Below are positions 30,501 through 39,942 of a DNA stretch of 64,000 nt, in pieces. The notes under the pieces are model-generated. The model was not told the origin of the DNA. It searched no databases and worked only from the letters and a program-made list of their open reading frames with translations. Source of the DNA: Desulfobulbaceae bacterium (GTDB taxonomy: Bacteria; Desulfobacterota; Desulfobulbia; Desulfobulbales; VMSU01). Numbering within the stretch: the first letter of the stretch is position 1; every line of letters begins with the position of its first letter. The translations under genes were made by a program, and so were the position numbers. The stretch spans positions 23,544 through 87,543 of the forward strand of contig JADGBM010000001.1 of assembly GCA_015231515.1 (NCBI GenBank), given 5' to 3'.

Positions 30501-31245
30501 CATGAAAATGTCTGCCACCTATTATAATGGCGATAACGAATCGAAAAGTTTTTTTGATTTTATCTCGGGCACTGATGAGATTAACTTCGAGGAGTTTCTG
30601 CCCTGCATGGGGCAACAAAAAAGTATCATAAAAGGCCCTTTCAAAATAAAAGGGCACATAGAAGGTTTTCCCGGCAACTGGAACACTGGCGACCTGTCAT
30701 TAACGTCAGAGGGCGGCATTATTAAAAAAATGAATATTCTCTCCAATATTTTCAGCGTTATTAATTTCACTGAACTTTTTGCCTGGGGTGAGCCACCCGA
30801 TATCGACGGCAAGGGCCTTATGTATAGCGACCTGGTCTTAAAATCATATATTGACAAGAATACGCTGGTACTTGAACGTGCCGTTTTAAAAGGAAAAGGC
30901 GTAAATCTAACTGGTCGTGGTTCAATTGACCTGGCCGACAACGAATTCAATACTGATCTGACTTTTTTTGTTGCGCCTTTCAAGATGATAGACAACGTTA
31001 TTACCAACGTTCCTTTGGTCGGCAAGGCAATTGGCGGTGAGAAAGAATCTATTTTCACCTTTCCAGTCGGTGTTTCAGGCCCTCTTGCTAATCCTGAGAC
31101 CACAGCACTTCAGCCCAGTGCTGTCGGAAGTGCGGCAGTTGAATTCATACTTGACACCTTAACGCTGCCTTTTAGAATATTTATTCCTGATCTCACAAAA
31201 AACAAAAGACCAATTCCCATCGATGCCGAACCGATTAACGAATAA
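27511..31245 (+). CDS. AsmA-family giant envelope protein (YhdP-like)
   Basis: 1244 aa. N-terminal TM anchor plus an AsmA-type start. C-terminal block GKGVNLTGRGSIDL..VPLVGKAIGG..FPVGVSGPLANPE is typical of YhdP/AsmA C-termini. Confidence 0.7.
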   Translation: MRKRTALLLLLVIALTALYFTPKLLNQKHFQDRITRDLITTYGLDCRFAAIRWHWLPFPALYIEHFESKSDLFTLEVPLIQLTPRLKFIFDDKGQLGRIKLIKPVLHFKHLPTADNIRSKSAIPDLNFAISEGSITLPRIDTIGGTNISLQPLEITDFNLKIKSTSNRLKFNGNFQSSFSDKIEAIGRIDLNKKYYRLDLSANETNIAPLFNQADKNYQINDSRISLRMHCEGLGKDNFKLNFSEINTPFSLTAYGESYKIRSIGNVAFTKLANEFFFEFDRFDFEDPAASFSGKVSKRNNSLQKEPEWTLDISGNDIDLASVRTRILSLWPENETATTTCSVVRGGFAKTARYIFKGPTTDFEYLDKMKIWAEAVDVPLYISDIGLAIDRASGPISIINGYLAGKNLMADIGSTHGKKASLWLDLIEQDDAFYLDINLDADLQDLQDVLGIIIEDDAFQNELCQFSEISGRAKGNLTLGNTLGNVETTVQISYLSAAGFYDRLPWPFKLDGRKLDILPDKVVWDDFQAQVGGQTIKKTSGSVEWANEISIQVTELDATANLETLFDQSFLQVNTGKAYLKNALHEVITAITGVADFSNTQFSGPALYPEKWKFETAFVLNNTTIHSPYLPPAIVSEIVQGTLSSKQVRFSGIFNSFDQNLFMSGTYSHTLLDNWHGRIDLNGIVKPKLGQWLRSTGWIPDEFFPRLPLTLNNFQIANTAPSFDSFHLNGEIIAQINQSDTKSMLIDISKQKNISLSSLNFNDGVMQGKITYLDQSKSGRSLLTWQGGITMKTLDSFFEKNIFKEGQINGVFSQLSTKKPTKDTTYAGYLEINDLSWNYLPDTPPLIARNIRLNGEGNTIQLKQFTSEIEGDTLDAKGQITHSTDKFLLDISLHSENLTFNKIKTAFDLHKEFIKKNLQPTNSNGLLSQEEHTDFIDQLSGKLDFDFFRLNYIKQPADTESLPSQPPHVYTWKNPYGTISFDSGDIKLQFFPSDLCGMKMSATYYNGDNESKSFFDFISGTDEINFEEFLPCMGQQKSIIKGPFKIKGHIEGFPGNWNTGDLSLTSEGGIIKKMNILSNIFSVINFTELFAWGEPPDIDGKGLMYSDLVLKSYIDKNTLVLERAVLKGKGVNLTGRGSIDLADNEFNTDLTFFVAPFKMIDNVITNVPLVGKAIGGEKESIFTFPVGVSGPLANPETTALQPSAVGSAAVEFILDTLTLPFRIFIPDLTKNKRPIPIDAEPINE

Positions 31246-31445
31246 CAACCGTTAATTTGACACAGAGCAGTTCTTTGAGTACTCCCATAAAAGTATCTTA
31301 TTGCACAATTGTTACACCTGATAGAACCGGAACAAAGATTTACAGCAGCTCCATTGCCTGACCATATACTGGCATTAATAATTATTGCGTTATGCCAAAA
31401 TATCGTTTATGTTCGTACTTTATAAACTTTAACAATGAGCCGTAA

Positions 31446-32978
31446 ATGCCGAACAAGAGAATACTTGCCATAGATGACGAACCATCAATTATCTATTCAA
31501 TAAAGAAAGCATTAAGCTTACTGCCCTACGAGTTGCACTCTGCCTCAAACGGATTTGAAGCAATTAACATGCTCAAGCATCTGGTTCCGGATCTGATTCT
31601 TCTAGACCTGTCAATGCCTCAAATGAACGGCATTGAGTTTCTTAAAGCCATCAATCTTAAACCTGATGACCCTTACGCTGTGATAATTTTAACTGGTCAT
31701 GGTAATGATGATGAGATGCGGCAGTGTTATGAACTAGGCGCCCATTTTTTCTTTCGGAAACCTTTTGGCATCACAGATCTGACCTGCCTGGTAGAACGTT
31801 GCACAAGGTTTAAGGATCTTGAACGTGAATCCATTAATTATCGGCACTATCTTGAGGAATCAGTTGAAAACCAAAACTCTTATATCAGCAAGCTGTCATT
31901 AGCTCTTGATAGTAGTTCAACCTCCATCATCATGACCAATGACGAGTTCAAAGTGACTTATATTAACAGATCGTATTCGACTAAATCAGGATTCAGCCTT
32001 CATGATATACAAGGAGAAGACATCTCGAGGCTATTTGCCTCTGAAAACCGTCCGCAATTTGCAGATATCAAGCAGCAGCTTCTCTCTGGCAATGCCTGGA
32101 AGGGTGAACTGCAATCGCTTAGTACCAACGGCCGCACGTTTTGGGTTGCCCTATCCATCAGCCCTATAAAAGATCCTGTCAGCAAAATCACAAATTTTAT
32201 TCTTATCCAAGATGACATTTCCGTCTTGAAGGAAGTAGAAATCGAAAAGAAACTCTTAGCTCAATTAGCAGAACAACATCGTCAGGACAAACTTAATTTC
32301 AGTAACAATATGAGCCATGAGTTTTTAACTCCGATTCACATTATCAGCACGACAGCTACCGTACTTGAGTTAAAAATCACAGACAAATCACTACACAAGT
32401 ATGTTGACTATATTCACAAAGCTGTCGATGATCTTACCTCAAGCACCATTCGAATTCTTGACCTGAAACGCCTCAACTCTCAGATGCTTCGACCGAACCT
32501 CTCTGAAGTTTCTTTGAAGAGCCTGTTTAACCATATTACCCATTCACAGATGCCGAAAGCTGCCGCAAAAAACTTGCAACTTAGTTACACTCTCGAAGAG
32601 AACACTCCAGAACAGTTCATCACCGATGAGATATTTCTGGTGCAGATCATCAATTATCTTGTCGACAATGCAATTAAATTCACTGAATCCGGACAGATTA
32701 CAATTACAGGTACAAAGGACAATGAGCACAACTGCCTTATAGTTGACATAACGGATAGCGGCATTGGGATAATCGATTCAAAACTGCAAATAATTTTCGA
32801 GTCATTCAGTCAGGCAGATGGCTCAAACTCCAGACCGTATAACGGTCTCGGCCTTAGCCTAACTCTTGCCCAGAAGCTTACTGAAGCCCTGGGAGGCAAA
32901 ATCACCGTTAAAAGTGTCATTAATGAAGGCAGCTGCTTCAGTATCATCCTCCCTCTATCGCCAGAAAGTTTCAAATAG
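31446..32978 (+). CDS. Hybrid sensor: N-terminal receiver, PAS, and HisKA/HATPase histidine kinase
   Basis: REC (ILAIDDEP..LLDLSMPQMNG..K). PAS (SSTSIIMTNDEF..W.GE). H-box SHEFLTPI. G-boxes DSGIGI and GLGLSL. Confidence 0.85.
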   Translation: MPNKRILAIDDEPSIIYSIKKALSLLPYELHSASNGFEAINMLKHLVPDLILLDLSMPQMNGIEFLKAINLKPDDPYAVIILTGHGNDDEMRQCYELGAHFFFRKPFGITDLTCLVERCTRFKDLERESINYRHYLEESVENQNSYISKLSLALDSSSTSIIMTNDEFKVTYINRSYSTKSGFSLHDIQGEDISRLFASENRPQFADIKQQLLSGNAWKGELQSLSTNGRTFWVALSISPIKDPVSKITNFILIQDDISVLKEVEIEKKLLAQLAEQHRQDKLNFSNNMSHEFLTPIHIISTTATVLELKITDKSLHKYVDYIHKAVDDLTSSTIRILDLKRLNSQMLRPNLSEVSLKSLFNHITHSQMPKAAAKNLQLSYTLEENTPEQFITDEIFLVQIINYLVDNAIKFTESGQITITGTKDNEHNCLIVDITDSGIGIIDSKLQIIFESFSQADGSNSRPYNGLGLSLTLAQKLTEALGGKITVKSVINEGSCFSIILPLSPESFK

Positions 32979-33147
32979 CAGATCGGCTACAGTTCATTAG
33001 GTAGCCAAACCCATTCCACCATCTTCTTTAAAAACATTTTTCAAATAACATTTGACATCAATCAGCATGTCATTGTCTAATGAATGCAGTCGATTACAAT
33101 CTGTCAATCTTTATATCAACTGCCACTAACTTACGATTGGAAACCAT

Positions 33148-33729
33148 ATGAAAAATCTCTCGTTCACAAAAAACTTGTCACTGCAAAACATCTTATTCGA
33201 CGAGTATTTCTCTAATTTTTGCAACATCACTATCGTTGCCTATAACTACGACGGAAACGGCAATGCCTTATGTGAGTGCGACGGCGCAATTACTGAGCTT
33301 GAGGCTGACACAGTTAAAAAAATTATATTTGGAGCACCTAAAATCTCTGTCGAGAACTACCTGAAAAGTATCTTTGATCCCGACTCACTGGCCGATTTTA
33401 AAGGTACCACTGAAGGACACCTCAAATTTAACCTGCCAGAGCTCAAAAAACTTAAAAAATACGACGTACTAAATCTGGCAAAAACCACATTGAAAACGTT
33501 CTCTGCCTATTCAGATGACACCCTACACTATTATACTAGGACTGAAAAACCGGCTTCTGCTGCCGCATGTCAAACCTGCAGCACTGCCTTATACGCTAAC
33601 ACTAAGAGTAAGGTATTCCACAAAACCGACTGTAAAAGCTTTAACTCAATCACCTGTACTTCACTTTTCAATTCACATTCAGAAGCTGTTAGTGCAGGTT
33701 TTAAACCCTGTAGAATCTGCAAACCATAA
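33148..33729 (+). CDS. Hypothetical protein with C-terminal Ada-like Cys4 metal-binding motif
   Basis: The last 45 residues or so (KVFHKTDCKSF..AVSAGFKPCRICKP) resemble the Ada-type Zn-binding/'sunset' motif. The N-terminal 140 aa are unrecognised. Confidence 0.4.
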   Translation: MKNLSFTKNLSLQNILFDEYFSNFCNITIVAYNYDGNGNALCECDGAITELEADTVKKIIFGAPKISVENYLKSIFDPDSLADFKGTTEGHLKFNLPELKKLKKYDVLNLAKTTLKTFSAYSDDTLHYYTRTEKPASAAACQTCSTALYANTKSKVFHKTDCKSFNSITCTSLFNSHSEAVSAGFKPCRICKP

Positions 33730-33779
33730 CACTGTTTTCATTCCGGCACCTATGGCCGTGATATTACCAAACAAACTTA

Positions 33780-34850
33780 ATGCTTACCTGGCCCTATAGA
33801 TATCACCTGAGTACACGTCTTCGTCTGCGTCGCTCCCTCTACGAGGTGTTGCGCGACCAGTTGGACAATAATCTCGCTAAAATTGCCCTCATTGACTCGT
33901 ACCGTAATTTCTGCCAAGCTGGTATTCCCTACCCCTTCGTACTTAAACGCGAGTTAAAACCACGAGCTCGCGTTGCAGAACAAGAGTTTGCCATGCAGAA
34001 CCATTTCTTTATTATATTCTGCGAAGGAACCGTACCCAACAACTTTAAAAAATTTCTCCGTTTCTTTGATTCAAACAAAGTAACCAAGGAGACCATTGAA
34101 CAACTTCCATATATTTCGCTCAACAAGACATATACGAACAACCTTCGGTACTTCAACAACCCTGGCTTTGTCAATTTTGTCGATACTATCAGGCCCGTTG
34201 ACTATGCCTTGCTTATCCAGAACGACCCATCAATCAAAAAAGAAAATCGCTATATGATGACGCATTTTCACGTGCGGGTAGACTGGCCGATTGACGAAGC
34301 GACAGAGGATATGGCTTTAAGCCTGCGCTATATTGCCAAAGATTTATATGAACGTGGCGAAAAATACGCAGAACATCTCCATCATAAACTTTTTGAAAAT
34401 TACGGATTTCATCACTCGGTAGGAGGACGGAGAACTGCGGCTGTTGTTGCTGCCCAATTATTAAAGAAAATGAACTTTATTTCAACTATCTACGTCGCCA
34501 GTGCAGAGGCGAGAACACTGACCAGAATAAGTGAGCGTGGTGTTAGCAAGTATGTACTCATTCGCGTTCCATTAGGAGATATGTTTCAACTTGCCTATGA
34601 GCACGGCCTGAAGTTTGACACACTAGTCGAACGCTACATGATTGACATGAAAGATGATCATGGAGTTGCTATGCTGCACGTAGTTTACAGAAACTCAATT
34701 TACTCAAAACCTCCTGAAGACGGCAAGCTGCATCGTCTGCGCCCGGAATACCAGTGGCTTAATGTTCACGATCAACTCCTGATCCCTTCACCAGATCATG
34801 TTGATGACTTTCCCATCAGATATAACACTATTTACTCATCAGACACCTAG
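33780..34850 (+). CDS. Hypothetical protein, no recognisable family
   Basis: 356-aa ORF with no TM segments or signal peptide. The 3' end overlaps the livF 3' end by 12 nt (convergent). Confidence 0.4.
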   Translation: MLTWPYRYHLSTRLRLRRSLYEVLRDQLDNNLAKIALIDSYRNFCQAGIPYPFVLKRELKPRARVAEQEFAMQNHFFIIFCEGTVPNNFKKFLRFFDSNKVTKETIEQLPYISLNKTYTNNLRYFNNPGFVNFVDTIRPVDYALLIQNDPSIKKENRYMMTHFHVRVDWPIDEATEDMALSLRYIAKDLYERGEKYAEHLHHKLFENYGFHHSVGGRRTAAVVAAQLLKKMNFISTIYVASAEARTLTRISERGVSKYVLIRVPLGDMFQLAYEHGLKFDTLVERYMIDMKDDHGVAMLHVVYRNSIYSKPPEDGKLHRLRPEYQWLNVHDQLLIPSPDHVDDFPIRYNTIYSSDT

Positions 34851-35546
34851 ATACGCCTCTTTAACCGCATTATTTGACACCAAGTTAGCAGAACTATCTG
34901 CAAGAACAATCCCGCCATGTTCCATCACATATCCCCTATGGGAAACCTGTAAAGCCAAGTTAGCATTTTGTTCGACAAGAAAAATCGTTGTTTTATGGTC
35001 ACGATTGATCTTCAAAATTATATCAAATATCTGTTTCATAACTATTGGAGCAAGGCCAAGAGAGGGTTCATCAAGCAGCAAAAGTTTTGGCTTCGCCATC
35101 AGGGCTCGTGAGATGGCGAGCATCTGCTGTTCACCACCACTCAAGGTCCCCCCATCTTGTCTTTTTCGTTTTTCCAAGATTGGGAATAAATCGAAGACAT
35201 AGTGTAGATCTTTTTTAATCTCAACAGGATCCTTACGAAGAAAGGCACCCATTTCAAGATTTTCCATCACGGAAAGTTGTGGAAATATATGTCGTCCCTC
35301 AGGAACCTGGCTTATGCCGAGTTCCACAATTTTATTCGGAGGCAGACCGTGAATCGGTCGACCTCTAAAATAAATACTGCCTGACCTCACGGGGATAATA
35401 CCGCAAATAGTCATCAGAATTGTCGATTTACCCGCACCATTAGCGCCGATTAAGGCAACGATTTCGCCTTCAGAAAATTGAATTGAAACATCTCTGACAG
35501 TTACAATATTTCCATACCCTGAGAAGACCTTCGAGAGGTTCAGCAC
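34839..35546 (-). CDS. livF: Branched-chain amino acid ABC transporter ATPase
   Basis: Walker A GANGAGKST, signature LSGGEQQ, Walker B LLLLDEPS. Last gene of the liv-type operon. Confidence 0.88.
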   Translation of the reverse strand: MLNLSKVFSGYGNIVTVRDVSIQFSEGEIVALIGANGAGKSTILMTICGIIPVRSGSIYFRGRPIHGLPPNKIVELGISQVPEGRHIFPQLSVMENLEMGAFLRKDPVEIKKDLHYVFDLFPILEKRKRQDGGTLSGGEQQMLAISRALMAKPKLLLLDEPSLGLAPIVMKQIFDIILKINRDHKTTIFLVEQNANLALQVSHRGYVMEHGGIVLADSSANLVSNNAVKEAYLGV

Positions 35547-36325
35547 GGCGCTTCACCCAGATATGCTTTAATAACCGCAGGGTTATTACGAATTTCTTCG
35601 GCAGTTCCTTCAGCAATTTTTTCGCCACAATCCATTACATAAATTCGATCAGATACATTCATAACTAATTTCATATCATGCTCAATCAACAAAACAGAGA
35701 CCTTATTTATATCTCTGATACTGACAATTAAATCATTTATTTCAGACGTTTCATTGTGGTTTAAACCAGCAGCTGGTTCATCAAGAAGCAGTAGAATTGG
35801 ATCTGTTGCCAAAGCTCTGGCTATTTCAAGTCGTCGTTGTGCACCATAAGGCAAGTTTCCAGCCAGCTCATCGTCGCAATGATCCAATCCCATCTGTTTT
35901 AACAAGGCATAGCTTTTATTAACTACAAGTTGCTCTTCTTTCCTGGTTGAAGCAAATTTGAAAATCGCTGCGACAATACCGGCTTTGCTTCGACAATGAC
36001 AGCCAATCATCACATTTTCCAATACGGTCATACCGGAGAACAAGCGGATATTTTGAAAGGTTCTGGCGACACCATTTTCAGTGATCGTATTAGGCTTCAA
36101 ATCATTAAGGCGCTGGACCTTGCCGTCCCTGTTTGTAACAAAGATATCTCCAGAGCTGGGTGCATAAATGCCTGTTACACAGTTGAAAATGGTGGTTTTC
36201 CCAGCCCCATTTGGGCCAATCAGAGCAACTATCTCTCCACTGCCTACTTCCAGATCAACGCTGTTGATAGCTCTTAAACCACCAAAGAACATTGAAAGTT
36301 TTCGGACAAGCAAAACATCACCCAT
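35540..36325 (-). CDS. livG: Branched-chain amino acid ABC transporter ATPase
   Basis: Walker A GPNGAGKTT, LPYGAQRRLEIARAL, LLLLDEPAAG. Confidence 0.88.
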   Translation of the reverse strand: MGDVLLVRKLSMFFGGLRAINSVDLEVGSGEIVALIGPNGAGKTTIFNCVTGIYAPSSGDIFVTNRDGKVQRLNDLKPNTITENGVARTFQNIRLFSGMTVLENVMIGCHCRSKAGIVAAIFKFASTRKEEQLVVNKSYALLKQMGLDHCDDELAGNLPYGAQRRLEIARALATDPILLLLDEPAAGLNHNETSEINDLIVSIRDINKVSVLLIEHDMKLVMNVSDRIYVMDCGEKIAEGTAEEIRNNPAVIKAYLGEAPC

Positions 36326-37550
36326 CGTAAAACCCTTTATCTGCCGACCTTGTATAACTATATGAGCGTCTGACTTTCCGAATAATTCCCTGTGGCCGGT
36401 AGATCATCATGATGACCATAATGGCACCGAAAAGGAGCATTCGATAATCGGAAAATGCCCGAAGATATTCAGGCAATAAGATAAAAACCAAAGCACCAAC
36501 AATTACTCCTACAGTTGAGCCCATGCCGCCAAGTACAACAATCGAAAGAATAATAGCCGACTCCAGAAAGGTAAAACTGGCAGGGTTTATAAATGTTGTT
36601 TTCGCAGCAAAAAAAACACCTACCAGACCAGCCCACGTTGCCCCTAAAGCAAAGGCGCTCAGTTTAGTTTTAGTTCGGTCTATCCCCATAGCCTGACAGG
36701 CGATCTCATCCTCACGCAGGGCAATCCATGCTCTGCCTATCCTGGAATTTTGCAGCCTGTCAACTACGAATATCGTAAACAGCACAAGCAATAGAGCCAA
36801 AAAATAGAGGTAAATGGTGGTCGATTCTATAGAAAAGGTGGTTCCAAAAAAAGTTGGCTTAGGAATATTGGCAATGCCACTGGGCCCGAACGAAAATTCA
36901 TTCCAGTTTTCAAGTATCAGTCGAATAATCTCGCCGAAACCAAGGGTAACAATGGCAAGATAGTCACCGCGGAGCCTGAGAACAGGAAAACCCAACAAAA
37001 CGCCAAAAGCTGCGGCCAATACGGCACCTATTGGCAGTGCTGACCAGAAGCCAAGGCCAAAGTGTACATTCAATAAGGCGTAGCTGTAGGCGCCTACCGC
37101 ATAAAAAGCCACATAACCCAAATCCAATAATCCGGCCAGCCCAACCACGATATTTAACCCTAAGCCCAAAACAACATACAGTAACGCTGTGGTCATAATA
37201 GTTGTTTGATAACTGGAGAATACAAATGGAAACACTACGGTAAAGAGACACAAAACCACAATCAAGAGGAGATTAAGCCTTGGAGTACGATAAGTGGATT
37301 GAAATGAATCATATTGATTAGCAACCGTTTTTTGGATGCTGATTTTACTCCGTTGAGATTCTTTATTGCGGATCAGGTGGGTAGCAGATGAAAGAATAAA
37401 AACTGAGATACCTACAAAAGCGAGATTATACCATCGCCACAATACCGTCTTTTCAAACGGGTCAACCTTAATGACCAAAATCGGGAAGGTTAAAAACATG
37501 AACCATAAGGCAATATAAAGGGATTTTTTCAGTTCGGTAGTAACCCGCAT
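36318..37550 (-). CDS. livM: Branched-chain amino acid ABC transporter permease
   Basis: 410-aa polytopic protein with conserved GLLDLGYVAFYAVGAY and LRGDYLAIVTLGFGEI blocks. Confidence 0.85.
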   Translation of the reverse strand: MRVTTELKKSLYIALWFMFLTFPILVIKVDPFEKTVLWRWYNLAFVGISVFILSSATHLIRNKESQRSKISIQKTVANQYDSFQSTYRTPRLNLLLIVVLCLFTVVFPFVFSSYQTTIMTTALLYVVLGLGLNIVVGLAGLLDLGYVAFYAVGAYSYALLNVHFGLGFWSALPIGAVLAAAFGVLLGFPVLRLRGDYLAIVTLGFGEIIRLILENWNEFSFGPSGIANIPKPTFFGTTFSIESTTIYLYFLALLLVLFTIFVVDRLQNSRIGRAWIALREDEIACQAMGIDRTKTKLSAFALGATWAGLVGVFFAAKTTFINPASFTFLESAIILSIVVLGGMGSTVGVIVGALVFILLPEYLRAFSDYRMLLFGAIMVIMMIYRPQGIIRKVRRSYSYTRSADKGFYDG

Positions 37551-37553
37551 CAG

Positions 37554-38456
37554 TTAAACCTTTTTAGCCTCCTTCCGACCCAAAATCCCATTGGGCTTAA
37601 AAATCAAGATGAGTACCAACAGTGAAAATGCAAACACATCTTCATAATCACTAGACACGTAGCCCGTGGCAAAACTTTCTGTCCAGCCCAGAAGCAATCC
37701 ACCTAACATAGCCCCAGGCATGCTGCCAATCCCGCCTAGAACTGCAGCTGTAAAGGCCTTTATGCCGGCCAGAAAACCTATATAAAAATTAATTTGGCCA
37801 ACATGCGAGGCAATAAGCAGACCGCCGATAGCCGCAAGCCCTGAGCCAATAACAAAGGTTGCAGAGATCACCTTATTAACATCAACCCCAATCAGAAGTG
37901 CCATTTTCTTGTCTTGTGCTGTGGCTCTCATTGCTTTGCCAATTCGAGTAAATTTAATAATAAGAGTAAGCAAAAGCATGACAACAAAAGTTGTCACCAT
38001 TATTACCAAATCAGAAGAGCCAATAATATGGGCAACAGGTTCCATAAAGTCAAAATCAGGGATTAAAGATGGGAAAGGCATAAAGTCGGAGGTCTGAGCA
38101 AGAAGAACATAGTTTTGCAGAAAAATTGACATGCCAATCGCACTGATCAGCGGTGAGAGACGTGGTGCGTTTCTCAATGGTTTATAGGCAATTTTCTCTA
38201 CTGTATATCCATAGGCACAGGAGTAAATTACGGCCGCTGAACCGGCACAAATAAGAATCGCAGCGGTGGGCCAGCCCCACACCGTAAGTAGATTAGCGAA
38301 TATAAGAGCGGTAAATGCACCTATCATATAAATCTCACCATGGGCAAAATTAATAAGCCCAATTATGCCGTATACCATGGTGTAACCGAGGGCGATAAGA
38401 GCATAGATACTGCCTCGGGTAAGACCGCTCAAAAAAAGTTCAATAAAATATTCCAC
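37554..38456 (-). CDS. livH: Branched-chain amino acid ABC transporter permease
   Basis: 300 aa. N-terminal GSIYALIALGYTMVYGI..NFAHGE motif. Confidence 0.85.
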   Translation of the reverse strand: MEYFIELFLSGLTRGSIYALIALGYTMVYGIIGLINFAHGEIYMIGAFTALIFANLLTVWGWPTAAILICAGSAAVIYSCAYGYTVEKIAYKPLRNAPRLSPLISAIGMSIFLQNYVLLAQTSDFMPFPSLIPDFDFMEPVAHIIGSSDLVIMVTTFVVMLLLTLIIKFTRIGKAMRATAQDKKMALLIGVDVNKVISATFVIGSGLAAIGGLLIASHVGQINFYIGFLAGIKAFTAAVLGGIGSMPGAMLGGLLLGWTESFATGYVSSDYEDVFAFSLLVLILIFKPNGILGRKEAKKV

Positions 38457-38528
38457 CAGGCAGCCATAAAATCATAACATTGATAGAACTATCTATTAAC
38501 TTTGACTGATGCACTTTTCGTTCAACCA

Positions 38529-39641
38529 CTATTTAACCTCGACAAATGCCGAGTTCCTAACCTGATATACAGAAAAACCAACCCCTATCGCATCACCATG
38601 TTTATCAAAACTAATTTTCCCGACTGGAGTTTCTACATATTCACTCCGCAGGGCATGCACCAATTTGTCGTAATCGGTTGAATCGGCTTTGTCGATTGCA
38701 TTCAAAAGTGCTAAGGCTGCAGAATAGGCATTTTCAAAAAAATTACCGGGGTCTTCGCCGTAAACCTTTTTCAAATCATTCTTGGCTTTTATCATAACAG
38801 AATTCTGTGAGGTGTCCGCTTGTCCAGTAGCATAAATACCTTCAGCATTCTGTGCTGCAACTTTAATAAAGGTGTCAGCTTTAACACCATCACCAGAAAT
38901 AAATAATGTCTTCATTTTTTTCTTTCGCATTTGAGTAATAATTTTTGAGGCCTCAGGGTGATATCCGCCATAAAGAACGATTTCAGCCTTAGAGCGTTTG
39001 ATCTTTTGGACAATTGCGGAATAATCCACAGCCCCGGAAGTTACCCCTTCAAAAAGCACCACTTGTGCCCGTCCGGATTTTTCAATAAATTGTTTAGCAA
39101 ACTCGGCAAGACCTTTTCCGTAATCCTGCTTATCATGAACAACTGCGATTTTTGTAAGTTTCAAGTTATTCAAAATAAAATCAACCTGGGTACTTGCCTG
39201 CAAATCGTCAGAAGCTATCGTACGAAAGAAATTTGGATAGTCCCCGCTCTGAGTTAATTCAGGATTTGTGGCTGACGGAGAGATAGCTACCAGATTGGCA
39301 TTTTTGTAAATTCCCATAGCGGCCTTTGTAGCACCACTGCATATATGGCCGACAATTGCATCAACTTTCATAGAAACAAGTTTTGTGGCTGCATTGGTAG
39401 CAACTTCAGGTTTACAGGCATCATCTTCAGCATAAATTTCAACCTGTCTGCCGTTAACCCCGCCGCCGGCATTAATCTCCTTCACGACAAGTTCAACTGC
39501 TTTAATGGTTGGCAGTCCATATGAAGCCAGGTCTCCACTATGAGCCCCGGGAACACCTATTTTAATCGTTTCAGCTGAGTAGCTTTGCACACCAAACAGT
39601 AAAACAAAACAGACAACAAGAAATACGGTACGGTTCAACAT
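38529..39641 (-). CDS. Periplasmic branched-chain amino acid-binding protein (type I PBP)
   Basis: Signal peptide. IKIGVPGAHSGDLASYG, VGHICSGAT and the rest are typical of the LivJ/LivK family. Confidence 0.85.
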   Translation of the reverse strand: MLNRTVFLVVCFVLLFGVQSYSAETIKIGVPGAHSGDLASYGLPTIKAVELVVKEINAGGGVNGRQVEIYAEDDACKPEVATNAATKLVSMKVDAIVGHICSGATKAAMGIYKNANLVAISPSATNPELTQSGDYPNFFRTIASDDLQASTQVDFILNNLKLTKIAVVHDKQDYGKGLAEFAKQFIEKSGRAQVVLFEGVTSGAVDYSAIVQKIKRSKAEIVLYGGYHPEASKIITQMRKKKMKTLFISGDGVKADTFIKVAAQNAEGIYATGQADTSQNSVMIKAKNDLKKVYGEDPGNFFENAYSAALALLNAIDKADSTDYDKLVHALRSEYVETPVGKISFDKHGDAIGVGFSVYQVRNSAFVEVK

Positions 39642-39942
39642 GTCGTTAGCTTGCCTCCTTTTCTCCGTTATATAAGTGGTTTATTAATTTTATATAATAG
39701 GCGAAAACATTTCAGTCAAGGCACGTTTCACACTGAAATTCTTTAACTTCAGTTACGTTTTGGTGGTTTTCGCAATTTTGGGCCACCACAGAAATAACAA
39801 GTTACATTTTTCTTTACCTTTTATGTTTGAGAACCGAATATGTTATAGTATCACTAGATTTTAAGGTTGATTGTCACAAACCGACAACATCCGCAATTTA
39901 TTTTTTTTCGCCCATGCCTCAAAAAATTAGGAATTATGCCTT

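Noticed and set aside
30522-31103. 193-aa minus-strand ORF inside the AsmA-like gene.
   Set aside because: It is antisense to a well-supported 1244-aa CDS, with low-complexity content and no start context.
31370-31395. TGGCAT...TTGCG string upstream of the hybrid kinase, as a possible sigma-54 promoter.
   Set aside because: The GG-to-GC spacing is 14 nt rather than 10.
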